From the IMG/VR virus record IMGVR_UViG_2778261035_000005: a stretch of 64,000 nt of DNA, one strand, 5' to 3'. Below, piece by piece: positions 1 through 10,009 of the stretch (its first letter is position 1; each line of letters begins with the position of its first letter). The position numbers were made by a program, and so were the translations under genes. Under the pieces are notes generated by a model that saw nothing but the letters and a program-made list of their open reading frames with translations, had not been told where the DNA came from and did not search any database. Origin of the DNA: a virus (taxonomy: Duplodnaviria > Heunggongvirae > Uroviricota > Caudoviricetes).

Positions 1-110
1 ATCTTTTTACAAAGATAAAAGAATCAGAAGAACAGGTTGAAGTTCTGGTTCATCAAAGAGAAGTAAGTGAGCAGGCGAACAAAAAAGAAACGGTTGTCAA
101 TTTATTTTTA

Positions 111-458
111 TTGTATGAAAAAAATAAATTGTTTAAAGCTAAGGGGTTGGCTGTGTTTCTTATAGTTATAAACTTAATTATAGTTGCGACTCTCGATCTT
201 CCAGCTTGGTCATTGATTATAAGTTTTTTTATTCTCTCTTTGATTATGTTGAAAGATCAGATACTTACTATTCGTGTCTCTAAAGGATATTTTGGCACAA
301 GTGCGTATGAAGCGGTTCAATTGCTTAAATTCATCAGAGAAAATTCAGACAAATTTGACTCAGATGATAATGACGGTAGCCCACGACGGATATTGAATCC
401 GAAGGGAACAACAAAAAAATCAGACAACCTATTCGATAAAGGGTGGCAAAATGTTTGA
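111..458 (+). CDS. hypothetical membrane protein (2 predicted TM helices)
   Basis: ORF track; hydrophobic segments LAVFLIVINLIIVATL and WSLIISFFILSLIML; A+T-rich; track start is TTG, no clear SD. Confidence 0.3.
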   Translation: MYEKNKLFKAKGLAVFLIVINLIIVATLDLPAWSLIISFFILSLIMLKDQILTIRVSKGYFGTSAYEAVQLLKFIRENSDKFDSDDNDGSPRRILNPKGTTKKSDNLFDKGWQNV

Positions 459-873
459 CCTTGACGCCATCACTAAGTTCTTAAATCAGTGTTTTGATCT
501 ACTTTTGCTCAAGCAGCCTTTAAGAACTGTTTTCGGAATACTGATTGGTTTCATTATTTTTGTTTTTGTTTACACGTTTAGGTTTGCGATAGCTCAAGAT
601 TTTTATGAAATAGATGGCGTGCATTACGCTGCATGTTTCGTCATCGGTGTTTTAGTTGTTCACACAAGAACATTTTTTGACGTTATCAAGGGCACCGCAG
701 TTGATGAAGAAATAGATAGTATGATCAGAGTTATTACGAAGCAGCCACACCTATCTAACCATCAAAAAAACATAATGATTGCTGAAATACTTCAAAAAGA
801 AATTGCAGCCATAAGTCAAAAGAGATTGGATAAAGTTGCACAAGAAATAACGGAGAAAAAGACAACTGATTAA
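451..873 (+). CDS. hypothetical membrane protein
   Basis: ORF track; ATG overlaps upstream ORF end; hydrophobic segment GILIGFIIFVFVYTF; A+T-rich. Confidence 0.4.
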   Translation: MFDLDAITKFLNQCFDLLLLKQPLRTVFGILIGFIIFVFVYTFRFAIAQDFYEIDGVHYAACFVIGVLVVHTRTFFDVIKGTAVDEEIDSMIRVITKQPHLSNHQKNIMIAEILQKEIAAISQKRLDKVAQEITEKKTTD

Positions 874-881
874 TTTAATTA

Positions 882-946
882 CCTGTTTCTGTATATAAAT
901 AATAAGTAACTTATTAAATATATATACGGAAGCAGGTCTTTTAAAA
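882..946 (+). terminator. long hairpin with A+T-rich loop followed by T-run (putative intrinsic terminator)
   Basis: arms cctgtttctgtatata (882-897) and tatatacggaagcagg (921-936), then cttttaaaag; near-identical element at 48816-48878. Confidence 0.45.
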
Positions 947-1053
947 GACACCCACCAGAACAACTCCCTTCCGTTTCCACTTCCAAAAACTGCCACCAGT
1001 CGCTATCATCCGCTCATTGTGATAAGTAAGTAACTACCTACCAGGTGAGCCAC

Positions 1054-1794
1054 ATGAGCCAAATCTTTTTCGATACCATCGACAACAACCAGTACGACTT
1101 CATGACAGAGTGGAATACCGCTGTTATGGACAAGTGGGTTGCTGAAAACATTGGTTTGTCGCGCTGCAAAGACGAGGCTGAACTCTTCGAGACGAAGTGG
1201 TTTGATTACCGCGACATGCATCCTCTCATGGCCACCTGCCTTTTTACGGAGGCATACAAACGTCAGTACTCAAATATCATGCTGACGCACGGTCGCGAAC
1301 ACTTTGAAACAGCTCCGTTCACCACCGGGTTAAAACGCCTGCCTTATCAGGAGTTGTCGACTGCCAATAAAACGTCTCTATGGAAAGCACGCCAGTTTGC
1401 TGACCGCTATTGCTGCTCATACGACTACTTTATCTCCACCGTTCTTTCCGCAGCTGCACGACGGCTGTGGGACAAGCTGCCGCGCCCACAGCATTTATGG
1501 CAGCCAGAACTGATTGAGATATTTGAAGAGAAATTAGCCAGACGCGCAACAACCCGTCTGGATGACTCTCTGGTTAGCTTTAAGCATATGGGAGACATGC
1601 AGTTCAACCCGATTCAGGAAAGCTATTTTGAATGGATTCTGGAGCGTTTGCGCACCATCCCTCGCAGTAAGCGCATACGCGCAATTTTCTCCGCTATCTG
1701 GCTAATGGAAATCGTTCCAGAGCGCCTTATTTCCGCCCACTTTCCAGAAGAACTGGAAGAAGCACGGCGGTTTATTGATCCCCTATCTAATTAA
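1054..1794 (+). CDS. hypothetical protein
   Basis: ORF track 1045-1794; ATG at 1054 preceded by aggtga SD. Confidence 0.5.
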   Translation: MSQIFFDTIDNNQYDFMTEWNTAVMDKWVAENIGLSRCKDEAELFETKWFDYRDMHPLMATCLFTEAYKRQYSNIMLTHGREHFETAPFTTGLKRLPYQELSTANKTSLWKARQFADRYCCSYDYFISTVLSAAARRLWDKLPRPQHLWQPELIEIFEEKLARRATTRLDDSLVSFKHMGDMQFNPIQESYFEWILERLRTIPRSKRIRAIFSAIWLMEIVPERLISAHFPEELEEARRFIDPLSN

Positions 1795-1837
1795 CTAATA
1801 CTAGAAAACAATTTGTTTAAAAAACAAAGGAAAGCAC

Positions 1838-3178
1838 ATGACCGAACTTTGCCATACAGGACGCGGGCTGTCCGAAGAGTTTGATGAAGATTTCCAGAAC
1901 AGACTGACGGCATATTTTTGTCGTGATCACGAGTTTCTTACTCGTGCGGGAGATCTGGTTGTGCCTAGCCAATTTGCCAATGCGGCCAATGCCATATTGG
2001 TTAATATGGTTTCGGGCTATTACCGTATGTACAAGAGCGCGCCTTCTTCATCTGCGATTCTGGATATGCTTAAGCGTGCGAAACGCGATAAGACCATCCG
2101 TGAGGAACTCTTCCCGGATGTTGTTGCTGCGTTTAAGCGCATCCTTGCAGAAAAATTGTCTGATACCTCGTACATGGTTGACCAGGTATCCACATTCGCA
2201 AAAAGTGTAGCGTTTGATGATGCTCTGATTAAAGCTGCTGAACTGAAAGAGAAGGGCGACTTTCAGGGGGCGATGGCAATCATGGCCAAGGTTCAGCAGA
2301 TAGGCTCGAACGAAGCGACCGGAATCTATGACTACTACACCTCCGCAAGTGAGCGATTGAAAGCGCGTGAATATGAGGCTTCAGAGGAGTATGTGCCAAA
2401 CAGCATTACAACTGGACTCCCTCTGCTTGATAGATTGCTGTACCAAAAAGGCTGGGCAAAGCGCGAAATGGTGCTCTTCATGGGTTTTGCTAAATCCGGT
2501 AAATCGACCGCAATGGGTGAGTTTTCCATAAACGCAACGCTTGCTGGCTACAATGTTCTGTATCTCTCGCTGGAGGTTCACACCACCATTTTATCCGACC
2601 GTTTTGATGCAAGATTGTCGGAGACAGAAATGTCCAAGCTGGTGGAACGGCGCGATGAGGTTCATCGTAAGTTGGCAGAGTTGGGAGCCACGAAGGGGAT
2701 TGGTAGTTTGTGGGTGGTTGAGCGTCCGTCAGGAAGTATGTCACCGGCAGATCTGGACCGTATGCTTAACAGCATGAAAGCCAACGGCATGGTGCCTGAC
2801 ATGGTTGTTGTCGACTACGCAGATTTGATGCGTGCCAGTTATGACCTTCGTGATGATCGCGCCAACATTCGTAGTATCTACACCGATTTACGTGCTCTTT
2901 ATGACAAGCATAACGTTGCTGGAATAACGGCATCGCAGACAAACCGTGAAGGTGGCGCGTCAGAAGTTGCCACAATGATGCACGCCGCCGACAACATCGA
3001 AAAAGTACGTATTGCTGACCTGGTAATAACGATCAACAAAACCGAAGAAGAAGAAGCGAAAGGAGAGGCTCGTCTCTACTTTGCTGGTTCGCGTAACCAG
3101 CAGGGAGGGATCAGCATTCGCGTTAAACAAAACCTCGAACAAATGCGCTTCATTGAGCGAATCTTAGACGTTACCTAA
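1838..3178 (+). CDS. replicative DNA helicase, DnaB family
   Basis: Walker A GFAKSGKST, Walker B VVVDYADLM, ITASQTNREG motif; conserved aaggaaagcacATG start context. Confidence 0.8.
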   Translation: MTELCHTGRGLSEEFDEDFQNRLTAYFCRDHEFLTRAGDLVVPSQFANAANAILVNMVSGYYRMYKSAPSSSAILDMLKRAKRDKTIREELFPDVVAAFKRILAEKLSDTSYMVDQVSTFAKSVAFDDALIKAAELKEKGDFQGAMAIMAKVQQIGSNEATGIYDYYTSASERLKAREYEASEEYVPNSITTGLPLLDRLLYQKGWAKREMVLFMGFAKSGKSTAMGEFSINATLAGYNVLYLSLEVHTTILSDRFDARLSETEMSKLVERRDEVHRKLAELGATKGIGSLWVVERPSGSMSPADLDRMLNSMKANGMVPDMVVVDYADLMRASYDLRDDRANIRSIYTDLRALYDKHNVAGITASQTNREGGASEVATMMHAADNIEKVRIADLVITINKTEEEEAKGEARLYFAGSRNQQGGISIRVKQNLEQMRFIERILDVT

Positions 3179-3259
3179 AAAATAAGCGTGGAGAACACCT
3201 CCACGCTTGATTCATTGGTGAAACAACTTTTCTTTTGCCAAACCACAAAAGAAAAACAC

Positions 3260-4441
3260 ATGAGCCTTTATGTTATATCAACATTTAGGTTGGTAACAAT
3301 ATTGCCTGTTAAAAGTGGAATTATCGTGAGCGAGCTGAAAGAGTTAATTACCGAATTAGATTTTGAACAATGGTTGGACACTGAAGGTATCGTTTATCGA
3401 CGTGGAGGCGTGAGTACTCGCGGTCGTGAAGTGAATATCAAGGAGTGTCCGGTATGCGGCAGCTCCAACTGGAAGGTATATTTCAATCTGACCAGTGGCG
3501 TCGGTAAATGCTTCGCTGGTGATCATCCCGAAGAGATTCAGTTCAATAAGCTGGTCTTCCTCAAGCACTACAGCGGCAAATCACGACGACAGTTCGAGGA
3601 ATATGTGCAGAACGCCCTTCTTTCCCAGGGGTGGGCACCAAAGAAAGAAGAGCTAGTGCTTGCAAGCACAGTCGAGTTAGAGGGGCCAGTTGCACTCCCT
3701 CGTCATTACGAACTTCCTATAGATGGCCGTCTTCCAGACTATCTGGTTGAACGAAATATATCGCCTGAAATGGCAAAGTATTTTGACCTACGATACTGCG
3801 TCGAAGGTAAGCACGCCTATGTAGATCCGTATACAGATCAGGTTAAAGGACAGATATTCGATATGCGAATACTGATACCGGTTTACGATCTGGATGGGGT
3901 AATGAAGACATTTCAGGGACGAGACATTACCGGTACAGCAGAACGCCGCTACCTCTTTCCTATGCAGCTTCCAGCTTCAGGTAAGTTTCTCTACAACGGC
4001 TATAATGCAGTCGGCAAACAGACTGTAGTTGTCTGTGAGGGGGCGTTCGATGTTATGGGGGTTAAACGAGCTATTTTTGACGAAGAAACATTACGTGATT
4101 ACGTGGAACCAATAGGAACGTTCGGGATGCATCTATCTGGTAACACCACTCAGGATGCAGAAGATCAGTTAGGCGCGTTCCTGACGCTCAAGGCGCGTGG
4201 GTTACGTAATGTGATCATGATGTGGGATAGTGAAAAGCAAGCTATACGAAACACTATGGCCGCAGCCAGGCGACTGACCAGTATCGGTCTTAATGTGAAA
4301 ATTGCATGTTTGGGCGAGGAAGGACTCGACCCCGGCGATGCGACCCCGGGGCAGATTATCAAAGCCTACTATTGCGCAAAACCTTACTCACGACAGCTTG
4401 AACTTTTAAGCAAGGTAAAAGGCATAGCAGCATTAGTTTGA
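3260..4441 (+). CDS. DNA primase (zinc-ribbon + TOPRIM)
   Basis: CPVCGSSNW...GKCFAGDH zinc motif; VVVCEGAFDVMGV and MWDSEKQ TOPRIM-like; start moved to ATG 3260 after conserved gaaaaacac context. Confidence 0.7.
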   Translation: MSLYVISTFRLVTILPVKSGIIVSELKELITELDFEQWLDTEGIVYRRGGVSTRGREVNIKECPVCGSSNWKVYFNLTSGVGKCFAGDHPEEIQFNKLVFLKHYSGKSRRQFEEYVQNALLSQGWAPKKEELVLASTVELEGPVALPRHYELPIDGRLPDYLVERNISPEMAKYFDLRYCVEGKHAYVDPYTDQVKGQIFDMRILIPVYDLDGVMKTFQGRDITGTAERRYLFPMQLPASGKFLYNGYNAVGKQTVVVCEGAFDVMGVKRAIFDEETLRDYVEPIGTFGMHLSGNTTQDAEDQLGAFLTLKARGLRNVIMMWDSEKQAIRNTMAAARRLTSIGLNVKIACLGEEGLDPGDATPGQIIKAYYCAKPYSRQLELLSKVKGIAALV

Positions 4442-5578
4442 ACCAGTATTAGTCACGTACACATTGACCGAAAATGATTTAACTTCTGTGTTGAAGTTGT
4501 CAGTCATTACCGCGAGGTAGGCATTCTTGGTATCTCTGAATTGCTTCAGTATGATTTGAACGTTATCGGTGCAAACAAACGAGGTAGCCAGATTGCCTCC
4601 TTTCTCTGAAAAATCCTTCAGGAAGGTGCAGTCAACTTTGCCATCATTAGCGGTGAAGGTAGCATCATCACCCTGCCAGGTAAATGTAGCGTTAACGCCC
4701 TTATCAATGGATTTAGCAATAAGTCGCTGGGTGGCGGATTTTGTTTTGGCTTTGGAAGCCGGCGCTCGATATTTGCCGCTTTCTTTCAGTTCTGCAATGT
4801 AATCACAGCCATTTTTATCTTCTTTATCACAAGCAGCCTGATAAAGCTCAGCTGCTTTTTTATAGTCTTTTTTAACCCCTTCACCATACTCATACATAAT
4901 GCCAAGATTTGTCATGGCATCGGCGTTTCCGAGTTCAGCAGCTTTTTTATACCACTTAATTGCTTCGGCATCGTTGCGTTTAACACCTAAACCGTCATCG
5001 TATAAGGTGCCTAATGCGAACATGCCATCTGAACTACCTTGATCCGCCGCTTTTTTGTAATAAGTAAAAGCTTTTTTATAACTCTTTTGTACACCTTTAC
5101 CATATTGGTAATACGCACCAAGAAGGTAGCTAGCTTTAACATACCCGGCATCAGAGGCTAGATTGAAGTATTTAATGGCGAGCGCATGATCTACTTTACC
5201 AAGCATCCCCTTTTGATAAATAGCACCAAGATTGTTATAGGCTCTACCTTCACGAGCATCTCCCGCAAGTTTGTAGTACTCAACTGCTTTATTTAAGTCT
5301 TTATCTACACCCTCGCCAAATGTGTACATAACCCCAAGTGCATAATATGCTACTTTGTCTCCCTTTTCTGCAGCGAGATCAATCCACTTCTTGGCCTCAA
5401 CTACATCCTTATCAAAACCATTGATACCATCAAAATAATTTGTCCCTAACTCACTTTGTGCTGCGGTATCCCCTGCGGTAGCGGCTTCTATCAGCGTTTG
5501 TTTATTGTCTGCGTTAACGAATCCAGAGCTAAAAAGCAAAGTTAATGCCAGCAACGATGAAGATTTTATGTATTTCAT
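4433..5578 (-). CDS. secreted Sel1-like repeat (TPR-like) protein
   Basis: signal peptide MKYIKSSSLLALTLLFSSGFVNA; repeated A..W/Y..AA..G...A...LG..Y..G.GV..D units; only minus-strand gene in its neighbourhood. Confidence 0.7.
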   Translation of the reverse strand: MKYIKSSSLLALTLLFSSGFVNADNKQTLIEAATAGDTAAQSELGTNYFDGINGFDKDVVEAKKWIDLAAEKGDKVAYYALGVMYTFGEGVDKDLNKAVEYYKLAGDAREGRAYNNLGAIYQKGMLGKVDHALAIKYFNLASDAGYVKASYLLGAYYQYGKGVQKSYKKAFTYYKKAADQGSSDGMFALGTLYDDGLGVKRNDAEAIKWYKKAAELGNADAMTNLGIMYEYGEGVKKDYKKAAELYQAACDKEDKNGCDYIAELKESGKYRAPASKAKTKSATQRLIAKSIDKGVNATFTWQGDDATFTANDGKVDCTFLKDFSEKGGNLATSFVCTDNVQIILKQFRDTKNAYLAVMTDNFNTEVKSFSVNVYVTNTGSN

Positions 5579-5811
5579 ATTTTTTGTTCTGTTGATATAG
5601 GATGAACAGTTTAGACGCGGCAAGTGTCAAGTGTGCGAAAAATGGTACTTAAATTTAGTTAATATGTCAGCTTTGTTGATTTAGTTTATGGTCGGTAAAG
5701 TTACTAGGAAACTAATAACCATAAGAAATAGTACGTCATTTAATTATTGTGGCACTGCTCGTGTTTTGATTAACTAATACCTGCGATAAATATAAATAAA
5801 GGGAAGCCAAC

Positions 5812-6225
5812 ATGAGCAAAAATAAGCTGATTTTAACAGGAGCTTTATTGTCTTTGTTTGCTTTAGTGGGGTGTAAGCCTACAGACGAGAAGGCTATTGC
5901 TCTGGGCCAACAAGCAATTGCGGATGATATGAAAGATCCCACGTCGGTGATGTTTAGGAAAGATAAGTTTGTCAGGACTGATCATGACGATGGGAGTGTG
6001 ACAGGCTTTGTGTGCGGAGAATTGAACGCCAAAAATGGCTTTGGTGCATACGTGGGCTATCACTCATATGTTGTTGAACTCGAAATGAAGCCAAAGGGCA
6101 TGTTTTCGAAAGGGGTGGTATACAAAATCCTATCGAAGTCGTTGGCACCTAATGATCCTCATGACTTACAGCGTTATAAGCAGGTCTACAGAAAGATGTG
6201 CAACAGTGAGGCTGTAGCTCATTAA
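5812..6225 (+). CDS. lipoprotein of unknown function
   Basis: signal peptide with lipobox LFALVGC; SD agggaag upstream. Confidence 0.6.
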   Translation: MSKNKLILTGALLSLFALVGCKPTDEKAIALGQQAIADDMKDPTSVMFRKDKFVRTDHDDGSVTGFVCGELNAKNGFGAYVGYHSYVVELEMKPKGMFSKGVVYKILSKSLAPNDPHDLQRYKQVYRKMCNSEAVAH

Positions 6226-6350
6226 TGGTGAATGCCGGGCAGACTATAAGCCCGGCATCTTCGTATAGGGAACTATTGCGCCTAAAATGATAAGTAGATA
6301 CATACTTAGTTTTTTGTAAGAATACTTTCATCTGTTAGCTAGGAGTTGGT

Positions 6351-7127
6351 ATGAAAGACGAAATTCAGAAATTGGCCTGTGACATCATTGATAAAACAGG
6401 TTTAGAAATCAGCGAGGGCAGTCGACTAGACATCATTGGAAAGGCCGTCAATACAGCAATGAATCATATCGCTGCTCGTATGGACGAGATCCCGCTACCA
6501 GGGTTGCCTTATCTGAAAGTTGAGTTACACGTATGGGGCGAACCTTCTTGTGCACGGCGTTCTGCATTAGTTGTTTTTATTAGCAAAGAAAACCCGCTCA
6601 GTCTTAAAGTGCAGGTTGGAGCATGGCTTGATGGCAGAGTGATCTACACAAATACCGTTTTTTGTCTTTCAAACGACGAAACTATTGAAGCGGCCATTCA
6701 AGAAGCAGTTCTAGCAATGCGCAGCAGCGGTTTGATGAAGAATAACTACGAAGAGTACTTGCGTTCGATAAGTGGTGAAAAGACATTATCTCTGAAAGCA
6801 GATTTCGTTACCCCGAAAAATCTGTTGGAAGTTTTGATTAATAAAGGGGCTAATAGTGCCGTAAATGTAATCAGAGAGAGTGAATACGCGTCTCTTTGGG
6901 ATATGTGCAAAAGCCAGTTGGATCTTGTGCATATCGTTGTTGATGCGGGGAAGGCTTGTGATGGCGTAATGGCGGAATTTGCTGGGAAGATGGTCAGGAT
7001 TGCTAACGAATTACCGATGATTAAGCAAGAGGCTAAATCATACGCCACCAATCATGTCACAGAGCTTCTTGCCCCTTATCGCTTAGAAAGCGATCAGCGC
7101 AAGATGATTAGCTGGGGAAGTTGGTAA
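6351..7127 (+). CDS. hypothetical protein
   Basis: ORF track; aggag SD before ATG. Confidence 0.5.
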   Translation: MKDEIQKLACDIIDKTGLEISEGSRLDIIGKAVNTAMNHIAARMDEIPLPGLPYLKVELHVWGEPSCARRSALVVFISKENPLSLKVQVGAWLDGRVIYTNTVFCLSNDETIEAAIQEAVLAMRSSGLMKNNYEEYLRSISGEKTLSLKADFVTPKNLLEVLINKGANSAVNVIRESEYASLWDMCKSQLDLVHIVVDAGKACDGVMAEFAGKMVRIANELPMIKQEAKSYATNHVTELLAPYRLESDQRKMISWGSW

Positions 7128-7194
7128 GCTCTCTGTGTGTCGTTTTTTACGCAAACAATGATAGGTAAGCACAAGATTATTTCTGGCGGTAATT

Positions 7195-7665
7195 GTGAAA
7201 GCTGATTTATCAAAAATCCCTTCTATTTCAGGAAATAACGGTTATTCACTTCGTTGTGAGGAAGTAAAGATAAACGGTGAGTCGGCATATTGCAGCTATT
7301 CCGTTTGCCAGCACACCATTCTTGCCTTCAAAGAAAACCGTCTTCCTCGAACTTCTTTCCAGTCGTGCGCAACCGCTATTAAAGCAGGCAAATGCAAGGC
7401 GTTAAAAATGATGGTTGAAGAGATTCGTAAAGGAGAATCTCTGTATTTCGAAGATATGACCGCACTCATTAAGGAGGTTGAAGAACGGAATAAACAAGCC
7501 AGAACTATAAAACGAAAACGTGACAGTGTAACGATTAATAGCATGGTTAAGAAGAGCGCCACATCACAAACAGCGATCACTGACGTGTATGCGGCGTTGC
7601 TTGAAGAAACAACAAAAGAAACACATGAGCAAATCGATCAACATATGGAGGCAAAACAACAATGA
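7195..7665 (+). CDS. hypothetical protein
   Basis: ORF track (GTG start); end overlaps ligase start. Confidence 0.4.
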   Translation: MKADLSKIPSISGNNGYSLRCEEVKINGESAYCSYSVCQHTILAFKENRLPRTSFQSCATAIKAGKCKALKMMVEEIRKGESLYFEDMTALIKEVEERNKQARTIKRKRDSVTINSMVKKSATSQTAITDVYAALLEETTKETHEQIDQHMEAKQQ

Positions 7666-8984
7666 AAAAGTTGATCGCACTTAAGCATAAGCTGGACGAA
7701 ATGAAAGCTATGGGAACCAATGCAAAAAAAGAGGCATTGGCCAACATGGATGACTTCGAGCAAAGCATGGTTTCATTGATGCTCAACCCTTTCATCCGTT
7801 TTGGGGTAAAGAAATACAAAGTGGTAGAGCCGCTTAGTGAGTCCGTCCCAAGTGACGAAAAAGCCATTGATATACTGAATAAGCTGGCCTCTCGCGAGCT
7901 GACGGGGAACGCAGCAATAGCTGCTGTTGAGTCTATCGTGGCGTCAATGTGCGCCGATGGGCAGGACGTCTTCCGTCGTTTCCTCTTAAAAGATCCGAAA
8001 GCTGGCGTTGGGATTAGCCTATGCAACAAGGTTTTTGAAAATCCCATTCCGAAATTCGAGGTGCAGCTGGCGTCACCGTATAAAGAAAAAGGCGACAAAT
8101 ACCCCTTCAAGCCAAACCCTAAAGCAAAATGGCCGATGATTGGCAGCCTTAAGCTCGATGGTTTGCGAGTAATTTGCGAGGTTATTGTTGACGAGGAAGA
8201 GGTTAACTTCCTTTCTCGTACTGGTAATCCAATCACGTCTCTCGATCACTTAAAGCCAGCCATGCTCGAATTAGGCAAACTTTCAGGCCACAAACACATC
8301 TTCTTCGATGGTGAAGGAACAGCCGGTTCATTTAACCAGTCCGTATCTGCATTGCGCAAAAAGAACGTGCAGGCAATTGGCGCTATTTATCATGTTTTCG
8401 ACTTCTTCCTACCGGAATGGCGAGCACAGGCTAAATCCAAAGAGTATGCAAAGACAGGTATGAAGCTGAAAGAGCGCCTGGCTATGCTGGTGGCGTTGTT
8501 CAAAAACGATCGCAGTGAAGGCTACACACAAGACATTCACCTGCATCCGTTCTACATCATCCATAGCCACGAAGACTTCATCGAACGCTTCATGAAACGC
8601 CTGGACGATAACGAAGAAGGGGAGATGGGCAAAGATCCGAACTCTGTTTACGAGTTTAAACGTACCCGCAGCTGGTGGAAGTTAAAAGACGAAGACTCAG
8701 AAGATGGTGAAATTATCGACTTTGAGCCGGGCGACCCGGACTCTGGTTTTGCCAACACGCTTGGAAAAATTGTTATTCGCCTTGAAAACGGTGTGATTGT
8801 TCGTGCGAGCGGCATTAAGCATAAATATCTGGACGAGATCTGGAACAACAAAGAGAAGTACCGTGGTCGTATTGTCGAGGTTCATTGTCACGAGAAAACG
8901 CCGGATGGCAGCTTACGCCACCCACGACTGAAATGGCCGCGTTGCTTACGCGATACAGAAGATCGAATCGGAGATAAAGAATGA
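7662..8984 (+). CDS. ATP-dependent DNA ligase
   Basis: nucleotidyltransferase motif I KLDGLR (SLKLDGLRVICEV); replication-gene context. Confidence 0.7.
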   Translation: MKKLIALKHKLDEMKAMGTNAKKEALANMDDFEQSMVSLMLNPFIRFGVKKYKVVEPLSESVPSDEKAIDILNKLASRELTGNAAIAAVESIVASMCADGQDVFRRFLLKDPKAGVGISLCNKVFENPIPKFEVQLASPYKEKGDKYPFKPNPKAKWPMIGSLKLDGLRVICEVIVDEEEVNFLSRTGNPITSLDHLKPAMLELGKLSGHKHIFFDGEGTAGSFNQSVSALRKKNVQAIGAIYHVFDFFLPEWRAQAKSKEYAKTGMKLKERLAMLVALFKNDRSEGYTQDIHLHPFYIIHSHEDFIERFMKRLDDNEEGEMGKDPNSVYEFKRTRSWWKLKDEDSEDGEIIDFEPGDPDSGFANTLGKIVIRLENGVIVRASGIKHKYLDEIWNNKEKYRGRIVEVHCHEKTPDGSLRHPRLKWPRCLRDTEDRIGDKE

Positions 8985-9160
8985 TGCTCGGCTGGATGAT
9001 TGCATTTTTAGCAGTTGGTTTTTTCATCGGTATTGTGGTGATGTCCAGTTGCATTAATGACTACATTAAAAACGGTGTTATAGAAAGACGCGGTCGCATT
9101 TATCGCATTGTAGAAATAACCAACACCGTGAAGGAGATTAAGGATGATCGTATTAAGTAA
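8981..9160 (+). CDS. small membrane protein (59 aa, not in ORF track)
   Basis: ATG overlaps ligase stop (ATGA); hydrophobic MIAFLAVGFFIGIVVM; paralogous to ORF at 9356. Confidence 0.4.
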   Translation: MMLGWMIAFLAVGFFIGIVVMSSCINDYIKNGVIERRGRIYRIVEITNTVKEIKDDRIK

Positions 9161-9359
9161 ACGGGAGAAGGAAACACTTTATGAAATCAGTAAGTGGCCG
9201 GAGTTCCCTGAGTACTGGAAGCCTAAAACGCGGGCTAAGTTAGAGCGGTTAGGGTTGGTTGCAAACGTTTCTGAAACGAGGGGGTCGGCCAACTACCAGT
9301 TAACTGATAAAGGGAAAGTATTGCTACAGCAATTAGTAGAATCAGGAGCGTTAAAATGA
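9144..9359 (+). CDS. hypothetical protein
   Basis: ORF track; aaggag SD 9 nt upstream. Confidence 0.45.
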   Translation: MIVLSKREKETLYEISKWPEFPEYWKPKTRAKLERLGLVANVSETRGSANYQLTDKGKVLLQQLVESGALK

Positions 9360-9508
9360 TTCCATACATCTCATTAGCTTTTATGGGTGGCTTTCTTATC
9401 GGCTTCGGCATCTGTCGTGATTTAATTAAGCAGGAACTTAAAACCAAAACACTGTGCATCGGAAAGCGTGTGTATCGGGTAGTTCATGAAACAAAGGTTA
9501 GAAAATGA
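9356..9508 (+). CDS. small membrane protein (50 aa, not in ORF track)
   Basis: ATGA overlap with upstream stop; MIPYISLAFMGGFLIGFGIC; start codon lies inside repeated AATGATTCCATAC element. Confidence 0.4.
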   Translation: MIPYISLAFMGGFLIGFGICRDLIKQELKTKTLCIGKRVYRVVHETKVRK

Positions 9509-9795
9509 GCAATTTAACTTCTTGGGACTGGTGGTTGGCCACCTATTTCTTAGCGGCCGGAGTCGCATTCGCCTTTTACGTAGGTCAGTTAGTCGTAAAA
9601 CTGTTGCTGATTAAATTTGCTAGTCATAAACGTATCGATGATGGTCTGTGGCGTCTTGGCACCCTGGTGGAAACTCGCTACGGGCAACTTAAGGAGAACG
9701 AAACCATTACTATCCAAGCGAAACGATTCACTGCCACCATCACAAGAACACCTAGTCGTAGAGTGGCCTTGATCAAAAAAGTCGCAACCGAATAA
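9505..9795 (+). CDS. hypothetical membrane protein
   Basis: ORF track; ATGA overlap with upstream ORF; hydrophobic N-terminus. Confidence 0.45.
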   Translation: MSNLTSWDWWLATYFLAAGVAFAFYVGQLVVKLLLIKFASHKRIDDGLWRLGTLVETRYGQLKENETITIQAKRFTATITRTPSRRVALIKKVATE

Positions 9796-10009
9796 AAACA
9801 CAATGATAAGTATTTACTTACTTATCTTTTATGTATAAGATGACTTTGTTTTCGTTGAGACGCGACTGTTTGAACTTAAATACAAGTGCAAACGAAGAAG
9901 TCTATCTGGCAGTAGCCTAATAAGCCAAACACCAGCGAGGTCAGTTTCCAGCCTCGTTACCGAAATGGGACACACTGAGCGAGTGTGATTGCAGAACGCA
10001 GGAGGGAAC

